Shown here one piece after another: positions 56,651-64,000 of a stretch of 64,000 nt of DNA (the stretch's first letter is position 1; every line of letters begins with the position of its first letter). Location: the NCBI GenBank assembly GCA_977017575.1, contig CDRNVI010000139.1, positions 124,001 through 188,000 on the forward strand. Reading direction: 5' to 3'. Origin of the DNA: Paramoeba atlantica (lineage: Eukaryota; Protista; Discosea). A program made the position numbers and the translations under genes. The notes beneath the pieces were generated by a model that was not told the DNA's origin, searched no databases, and saw only the letters and a program-made list of their open reading frames with translations.

Positions 56651-56957
56651 CGTGTTTTTTTTTTGGTGCTTTGTTTTTTTTTTGGAAGAAAAACAACACA
56701 CAATAATTCTTCCACGATCACACAATCCACTCTCGATCTTGGATGAATAGATTTTTTATTCTTTTTTCTTTTTAAATATCAAACAATATAATCAACAAGA
56801 AGATCGTGGTTGTTGAAGTGTGGTAGGGTTGTCGATTTTGGTTCGTCGATAATTTTTCTCGAAATCCTTTTTTTTACAACTGTTCCCCACCCCCCAAAAA
56901 ACGATCACGATCGAAACGAAGCGAATTTTTCCTCCTCAAGAATGATTTGACAAAATT

Positions 56958-57299
56958 CTATCGGTGAAGAGAGAAAGATCCCGTCAATTCAACATCAGGT
57001 AAGTCTTTGTGATGTCCACTAATCGTTCCACAAACAATATTGTCAGCGATCAACGTTCCGGTTAACTCAATATCTCCTTTAAAATACTCATCATTTCGAG
57101 TCACCTTTCCTTTAAATTCATTTTCCGCCAATTCACATTCAAAAGTCGAATCGTCTTCAGGAACATAGACTGTCACTTTCTCACCGTCAGTGAAAACGTT
57201 CAGATCATTCAACTCCTCGTTGAACTTTTGTTCGAACTTTTGAACCTCAACATTGAAGTTCATTGAGAAAACTCCTGAATCAAAAAGAAGTGTCTTCAT
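56958..57299 (-). CDS. Hypothetical acidic 113-aa protein, probably beta-rich
   Basis: Intronless ATG-to-stop ORF with protein-like, non-low-complexity composition. Confidence 0.6.
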   Translation of the reverse strand: MKTLLFDSGVFSMNFNVEVQKFEQKFNEELNDLNVFTDGEKVTVYVPEDDSTFECELAENEFKGKVTRNDEYFKGDIELTGTLIADNIVCGTISGHHKDLPDVELTGSFSLHR

Positions 57300-57699
57300 T
57301 ATTCTCTCCCGACTCAACAAAAAAGTGAAGCAAACACACACACAAGAAGGAAAAAGAGAACGATTTTTTGTTTTCTCTGACTTTTTTTTTGTTTCACGCC
57401 AAAAATAAACGAACTTCAGCGAATGCAATTCATTTGAAAAATTCCGTCCAATTGATGACAAGATTTTTATTGGATCTTTTTTTCTTCGGAATCTCACTAA
57501 AATAAAAATCTATCAGTTTTCAAATCAGATTTTTTGATTTGTAAGATTTTTATCGGATGACGTGGTTCGTTCCAGAGGTGAAGTGACTTGAGTCAGTCGG
57601 TCGAGTCGATGAAATTTTGATTTGGAGTCGACTTTGACTCGACTTGACCGACTCGGTCGACCTGGGACGACACAAAGACTTTTTGACATGATAAATCAT

Positions 57700-57981
57700 T
57701 TATTGTTCTTCAAAATCACCCCCATTTTTTTCAAAGTAGTCGAGGATTTGTTTCTGCTTTTTCGTCTTTTTCGTTTTTCGTTTTTTTGTCTTTTTTCGTT
57801 TGGGGAGCGGTTTGTTGGGATTGAAACCATCGTTTCCGGGTTTGTACGCCAGGTGATAAGTGCGACATATCAGGCAATAGAGTGGGTGAGACGGCTCTTC
57901 ACACTCCTCATCAGAAGAAAGGAAGACCATGGTTGATGATGACCACGAGGGATATTCTGGGGGATACACAATCTCAGACAT
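57700..57981 (-). CDS. 93-aa accessory ORF inside the hAT element with CxxC-x3-H, a basic tract and a PIP box
   Basis: MSEIVYPP..YCLICRTYH..PKRKKTKKRK..KQKQILDYFEK; divergent from the transposase. Confidence 0.55.
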   Translation of the reverse strand: MSEIVYPPEYPSWSSSTMVFLSSDEECEEPSHPLYCLICRTYHLAYKPGNDGFNPNKPLPKRKKTKKRKTKKTKKQKQILDYFEKNGGDFEEQ

Positions 57982-58020
57982 GAATTTGGAAAAATGAAAC
58001 TGATTTCTTTGAACGTTCTC

Positions 58021-58110
58021 TTTTTTGATCGTTTCTTTTTTGATCGTTTCTTTTTTGATCGTTTCTTTTTTGATCGTTTCTTTCTTGATCATTTCTTTTT
58101 TGGTCATTTC
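58021..58110. repeat. 15-bp tandem repeat TTTTTTGATCGTTTC (4 perfect + 2 degenerate units)
   Basis: Read directly from the sequence; it lies between the two divergent hAT ORFs. Confidence 0.95.
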
Positions 58111-58141
58111 TTTCTTTTTGGATTTTCCTGTTTGCAAAAAG

Positions 58142-59201
58142 ATGATTAAGCGTGAGGAATTGGAGAAGAAAGAGAAGATGAAATCTGCCGTTTGGGACTA
58201 CTTTTATTTCTGCCCAAGATTGAACAAAGATGTTTGCATTCTTTGTTGGCCTGAGGGGGCTTCTGAGGTTGACGAACGAGTTTTGACTATTCGGAAAAAC
58301 AATTCGACAGACTCTCTCAGAAACCACCTGATGTCGAAACATGGAATCGAAACCTCCAAGAAGAGGCTGAGGACTTCTCCACAAATCAGCAAGTTTTTTG
58401 TTTCATCTGGTGACAAACTGCAATTAGATGTTGCCTTGTTTCGTTGGCTGACTCAGACTCACCGACCATATTCCTTCGTTAATGATCCCCTTTTTAAGGC
58501 GCTCTGTCATGCATTTCATCCTGGGTACAAGCCTGCAGCAGTCGAGACGCTGAAAAACATCCTTAACAAGGAGGTTGGTGAAATCCATTCTCACTTAAAA
58601 AACTATCTTCGAGATTATATGGTTGCTGGTGCCCTCTCTGCTGATGGTTGGACTTCTGTTGGAGGGAGATCTTACTTTGGACTTCTTCTCCACTTTATCG
58701 ATCACACTGGTGCACCCCAAACAGTCCTCTTAGATTGCCTCCCCAAGGCAAAACAAGATGCTGAAAGTCTTGCTGAAAGAGTGAGAACAGTACTGAGCTC
58801 TTGGGATCTGAATGAGTTTTCTTCCCCGTTGGCCGAAAGGAAGATTCAGTTTTTCACAACTGACACCACGAATACAATGCCAAAAATGGTCGAGTTACTC
58901 AAGATGTATTGGGTTCCATGTATTGCTCATGTTTTTAATCTTGTTGTTAAGGACGCTTTGGATGTTGAGGATGTCAAGGCTCTTTTGAAGAAAGCGAGAA
59001 AAATATGTACGTTTTACTCCAAGTCATCAAAAAATGCTGAAGACCTGATACATTTTCAACAACAAAATGATTTGAAGGTGCTCAAAGTTTTAATTGACGT
59101 AAAAACAAGATGGAATTCGACGCTTCGAATGGTGGATTCAATTGTGAAGAACAAGGTTTTTTTATTTCTTTTTTATTTTTAATTTTTTTTTCATTTATTT
59201 T

Positions 59202-59257
<56 letters not shown>

Positions 59258-60157
59258 TCTAATTTATTTTTTTTTTTCGAAAAAAAAATCAGAAAGCGAT
59301 AATTCAATCAATTCCAATTTTCAATCCATCTGATGTTGACCCAAAGACAGCAGTTGCAAAGAAACTCAGGAAACGACAACTGACTGAGGAAGAGTGGGAT
59401 TTGTTGGATGGCCTTCGTGAGCTCCTGAGTCCGTTCCACTTTGCAACGAAAGTGTTCGAAAATGAGAAGCAACCCACCCTCTCACTGACAATCCCTGTTT
59501 ACAATAGTGTAAAGGAAAAACTCGCAAGATTGGATCCTCAAGGAACCCTTTGTCAAGTTTGGACAAAACTCAAAGATGGATTGGATAAGAGAATGGCGCG
59601 ACCGTTAAATGAATCCAATGCTTGTTGGAATTCTGTATTCTTTGATCCCAGATCGAAGAACACTCTGAAAGGTGCAGTTGCTTGGGGCTCTCTGGTAAAA
59701 GGGTGTCAGGTTTTTTTCTTTATCCTCCCAAAAATTGTCTTTCTCAATTCTGATTCTGTCTTTTAAAAAGGCTCTCTATGAAAAAGAGTTCCCCAACCCG
59801 ACTGAAAAAGAAACCCCACCAACCTCTTTGTTAGCGCAGACGCTGAAGTGGTCTCCCAAAAAAAAAGATGAGTTTGCGGACTACGTCTCATTTGAACAAT
59901 GCCCTGCGGACGAGAAGGAGCAGACCCTTTATTCCTGGTTTATGGAGAGGCGGGCACTGCAGATGTTTCGTCTCCACCAAATACACTGTTGTCCTCCTGG
60001 CTCAGCAACGAAGATTGAGCATTTGTGGAGTGACGCTGGAAATTTGGTGACCCGAAAGCGCGCAAAACTCTCTCCTGAATTCGTTTGTGCGAGACTCCAA
60101 TGGAAGATGAACCGAAAAGTTTTGGGGACCGTCGCGCCAAACTCTCTCTTGTCTTAA
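58142..60157 (+). CDS. hAT transposase, 605 aa, 3 exons (introns 59156-59292 and 59710-59770)
   Basis: BED finger (VWDYF..CILC..LRNHLMSKH), LSADGWTS, TTD, CIAHVFNL, TRWNST, FFDPR and IEHLWSDAG. The spliced frame has no stops. Confidence 0.93.
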
Positions 60158-60459
60158 TTTATGTTTCTATTTTTTTTACAAATAAAAAGATCTATCATTC
60201 ATTTTCATTGGTCTTTTTATTTTAGAAATCTATTGCTAAAATGCCTAAATGAGAGTCGAAAAGAGAGTCGAACAAAAGAAAGGCAATGACTCAACTTCGA
60301 CTTCGACTCGGGTCGGTCGAAAAGTCGACCCTGAGTCGGAGTCACTTCACCTCTGGTTCGTTCTTTTTCCGTTCTTTTTGTTGTTGTTTTTTCTCGCTCT
60401 CTCTTTCTTTTTCTCTTTCTTTTTGTGTTTGGAGGAAGACTTCAAAAGGGAGGAAAGAG

Positions 60460-61213
60460 ATGAAACTTGTCAGGTGGTTTTTGTTGTTTTCAGTGTTTTT
60501 TTCACCTTCTTTGAACTTCTTTTTCCTCTCAAAGTTTTTTCTTTTCAACTCACCTTTCAGAGAGCAGATTCTTGGCGAAGTTGAACAATGAAACGGTAAC
60601 GATTGAATTAAAAAATGGAACGATTGTTCATGGAACAATTACAGGTATTTTTTCACAACATAAAATATGAAGAGAAAAGCAAAAGGTTGGGAGAAATTGA
60701 GAGGCTTGTTGTGTGTGACTGGCTTTTCTCTTCCACTCAAACTTATCACACAACCACCTTTTTTTATCTTTGTGAGGAAATGATCTTTCTTCCTCTGTTT
60801 TGTCTTGGATTTTGATTTCCAAAAGGCAAAGTGAGTGAGGAATGTTTTTAAAAAAGGGGGAGAGAGGGGGATAAGGAAAGGAGAAAATCTTTTTTTCAAA
60901 AAAACCTTACATTTCCTTCTGTGTAGGAGTCGATAATGGGATGAACACACACCTGAAAGCTGTAAAAATGACTTTAAAAGGTCGAAATCCAGTTCAATTA
61001 GATACTTTGAGTATTCGAGGAAACAATATCCGATATTACATCTTGCCAGACTCCATCAACCTTGACACTCTCTTGATAGATGATACACCCAAATCGTTGC
61101 TCCACAAAAAGCCTGATTCCGGAGCACCAAAGCCAAAAGGAAGAGGAGGAAGAGGAGGAAGAGGAGGACGAGGTGGAGGACGAGGTGGGGGACGAGGAAG
61201 AGGGAGACGTTAA
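60460..61213 (+). CDS. SNRPD1: Small nuclear ribonucleoprotein Sm D1 (3 exons)
   Basis: [55 protein letters not shown] and an RG tail. Confidence 0.97.
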
Positions 61214-61493
61214 AAAGAAAGAGAAAAATTAAAATAATAATTCAAAACCTAAAAAATAGAACAAAAGAATAAGTTTTTTTTTGATAAATTTTTTTTATTT
61301 CATTGAGAAGTTAATCGCAAGAGAGGATTCCGGGCAATCGTACAATCTGGAGTTCCTCCTTCCCAGGAAAGGGGAAAAAAAAACTCAAGGGAGGGAAGAG
61401 GAGAGGAAAGGTGTTTTTTTTGTAACGAGAGTGACAAAAAATATTGAGATAATAGAAGGAGAGGCGTTTGAAAAAGAATATGGGGGGGGGAAA

Positions 61494-62744
61494 TTACTGA
61501 AGGTAACCCTTGGGGAAAATTCCGAGTTCAACATATTCGGTAACCATCGCACGGCAAGCAGCCTCGGTTAATTCGGGGTGATTGTATTTAAATCCGGTGG
61601 CGGTAATCGCAGTCCCGTCAATGTTGAGGTTCTTGTTGTAAAGGAGCTCTTGGTCAATGTAAGGGGAAAGAGGAGAGAGGTCAACATTCGCAGACTTCAA
61701 CATATCAGCCCAAGGTTGCAAATGCTTCTCATTGACATCAGCACAGACTTGCTTCATGGCCATTTTCTCAGCGGCCTTCGACTTCATGTAACCAAGGAAA
61801 TCGAACTTAATTCCAAAAAGATTAGCAATAAACTTGGTAATCTTTCCTTGGGTGGTATCACCACTGTCCGCGAGATTAAAGATATCACCAGATTTTCCGT
61901 GATCCTTCAAGTGCCACAATGCACGAGCAACATCTTCAACGTGCACTGTGTTCAATTTCAAATCCTTGTCCCACAAGAGTTCCATCTTCTCATTCAATTG
62001 CTTGTACACTGCACCAATAATCAAACGAGGCATCACGTAGTTCACGCAACTTGTACCATAAATGAAACAAGGACGAACGATGACGTAATCAAGTCTATTA
62101 ATTTTTTTTTGAGTTTTCAAGAGAGAGGAGAGGGAGAAAGAAAAAAATAATAGAAAGAACAGAATGGAGAGGAGAATTGTGATTCAAAATCTCCAAAAAA
62201 AAAAACAAAAAAAAAAAAAAAAAAAAAAAATCACATACCCTTCGACAGTGGGGAGGAACTTTTCGACCTGAGCCTTGTATTTGGCTACAATAGTCCATGG
62301 GTCACACTTGGAATCTTCTTTCGCTCCTTTCTTGCCATCTTTTGGGGAATAGACAGCAGCGTCAGAAACTTCGATGAACCGTTTAACCTTGTTCTTTGCC
62401 GCGTGTTGAGCCGCTCTCTTGGAAAGTTCCAAGACTCTCTGCTCATAATCTTCCGCAGGTTGACTGGCTTTAGTTTCAGCAGCACAATTGAAGACGTAGT
62501 CATACTCCTCGGGGGCAGAAAACACTTTTGCAAGAAAGTTGTCCTTCGACAAATTTGCTTGAACGAAAGTGACCTTCTCGAAACAAGTTTTTTGTTCGGG
62601 GGTGAGCCAAGAGGTCATGGGAAGAGCCTTGTCAGCAACCTTGATGGAGGAACACAAATCATTTTTCACCAAGTACACAACAAGATTACGTCCAACAAAA
62701 CCACAACCACCCAACACAAGAACACGAGGTTTGGAATCAGCCAT
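61494..62744 (-). CDS. NAD-dependent epimerase/dehydratase family protein (2 exons)
   Basis: VLVLGGCGFVGRNL, VFNCAAET, YKAQVE, IVRPCFIYG, NTVHVEDVARA. Confidence 0.9.
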
Positions 62745-63372
62745 TGTCTTGGAGTACAACCACACACACACGAGAAAACACAAACCAACACAAAACGCTC
62801 TCACACAACCCCAACCGATTCTTCAAGGACCATACCTCACATTCAAAATATACTGTAAATTACCGTTTTCCACCACAGAATTCCGACCTATTGCGGGTCC
62901 AGGCACACGTGGCATTTTACTATGGAAAAGTTCACACCATCTGATTGGGACAAAATAAGCCCAAAAAATGGATCCATTTTTTGAGCCCTATTATCACCAC
63001 TGAAAGGTCCCTTTTTTCTGTGTTTGAGATTCGACCTTGGGTTTGTTTTCGTGTTTTTTTGGGAACCGAAAAAACGGAAAAGAAGAAAAATGTATCTTCG
63101 TTCACCATTTTTTTGATCCTTCTTTCTTTTTCTTTTTTTTCTTTTTGAATCAAATAGAAAAACAATCGAACAGTTGATTTTGTTTCTTTTGTTTCTGTCT
63201 TTCTTTGGTTTCCCCCCTCCTCCTCTCTCTTTTTGAAAAGTTCGGATTTTTGGTTGGTCCGGATTTTAGCTCTTATTAAATAGTGTCAGGTCGGGACTAA
63301 GGTTTTTCGTGTTTTTTCCTCTTTCCCCAACCCACCCACCCACCCAAAAATCCTTCAAACAAAAGGATTGAG

Positions 63373-64000
63373 ATGGATGATGGTTTAGATGAAAACCCAG
63401 TTTCTGATGGGTTGAAGAAAGAACCCAGAAAGAGAGAAAGGGACCTTGATGATGATGATGATGATCGAGACTATGATCGGAAGGACAGGGAACGACGAAG
63501 AGATCGCGACAGAGACAGCAGAAGAGACAGAGACAGAGACAGAGACAGAGATCGAGACAGGGACAGAGACAGAGATAGCAGAAGAGATAGAGACAGAGAT
63601 CGTGACAGGGACAGAGATCGTGGGAGAGATAGTAGAAGAGACCGAGACCGTTATCGTGAAAGGGATCGGGAGAGAGACAGAGACAGGGATCGAAAAAGTT
63701 ATGGTAAGAGTCCATCACCACCACCACGAAAACGGAGGCGAGAGAGAAAGGCACCTACAGGTTGGGATCAAGCTCCATCCCTTGCACTTCCAAGCCTTGG
63801 ATTTTCGAACGGTCCAGCACCAACAGCAGGTAATCAAACTTTCCCTTCTTCTCTCCTTTTCTTTTACTTATCCTTCCTTGTTGAACCAAAAACTCACACT
63901 CATATCTTCCTTTTGTCCAATCTTAAAGTTCCTGAGGTTCCCCAACAACCATCTCAGCTTCAACTTGCTGCCATTGGAGGTTTGATGAATCCTGCTCAAA
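63373..64000 (+). CDS. RD/RS-repeat splicing factor, U2AF65-like (5' part only)
   Basis: Long Arg-Asp repeat, KSPSPPPRKRRR, TGWDQAP (resembles the U2AF65 WD-x-x-P ULM). The RRMs would lie beyond the window. Confidence 0.55.
   Translation, partial: MDDGLDENPVSDGLKKEPRKRERDLDDDDDDRDYDRKDRERRRDRDRDSRRDRDRDRDRDRDRDRDRDSRRDRDRDRDRDRDRGRDSRRDRDRYRERDRERDRDRDRKSYGKSPSPPPRKRRRERKAPTGWDQAPSLALPSLGFSNGPAPTAGNQTFPSSLLFFYLSFLVEPKTHTHIFLLSNLKVPEVPQQPSQLQLAAIGGLMNPAQ

Larger units (their letters stand above)
57573..60355. mobile_element. Full-length hAT DNA transposon, 2783 bp
   Basis: Perfect 16-bp TIR CAGAGGTGAAGTGACT, perfect 8-bp TSD GTTCGTTC (57565-57572 / 60356-60363), and clustered GTCGA-type subterminal repeats at both ends. 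Confidence 0.97.

Noticed and set aside
57982-58137. KETIK-repeat N-terminal extension of the hAT minus-strand ORF
   Set aside because: It is the reverse complement of the 15-bp tandem repeat, probably promoter DNA; I kept only the part from ATG 57981.
59204-59252. 49-nt poly-T as a retroposon poly(A) tail
   Set aside because: No adjacent retro body or TSD; it fits an expanded T tract in a T-rich intron, and its length may be an assembly artefact.
63446-63985. ORF MMMMMMIETMIG...ETETET
   Set aside because: Alternative frame of the Asp/Arg-Asp repeats of the splicing-factor gene starting at 63373.
1-64000. Numerous Phe-rich or Lys-rich ORFs in the six-frame track
   Set aside because: They are read-throughs of T/C-rich introns or their complements, often with TTG/GTG starts that do not apply to this eukaryote.

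Overview
This is eukaryotic nuclear DNA: AT-rich and gene-dense, with many short GT-AG introns, often with weak GTTTTT-type donors. The standard genetic code fits (CGA sits at conserved Arg positions; TAA and TGA both act as stops). An SH2-containing TKL kinase of the Dictyostelium Shk type and a single-lobe myosin light chain suggest an amoebozoan protist (inference). The supplied ORF track ignores splicing, so I rebuilt gene models by hand and some exon boundaries are approximate. The window holds about 30 host genes, including HIBCH, two convergent MFS paralogues, an ankyrin kinase, a 16.5 kb VPS13, GST, an SDR, UFC1, a SET protein, TOM1, CPSF6, SNRPD1 and a U2AF65-like gene. It also has six tRNA genes (five inside VPS13 introns), a tandem family of P-loop-less Ras-like proteins, and two apparently intact DNA transposons (Sola-like, and a hAT with perfect TIRs and TSD). 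The most interesting signals are: (1) a SAM-PB1-4xPAS protein with FixL-type heme ligands and no catalytic output domain; (2) a divergent PIP-box microprotein ORF inside the hAT element, echoed by a PIP-like end on the intron-retained Sola product; (3) a C-terminal CSIKPAKR motif shared by unrelated neighbouring proteins; (4) a secreted tandem Cache-like protein whose Cys-rich tail also appears on a TMEM243-like protein; (5) ubiquitin-like and ricin-type domains added to VPS13.
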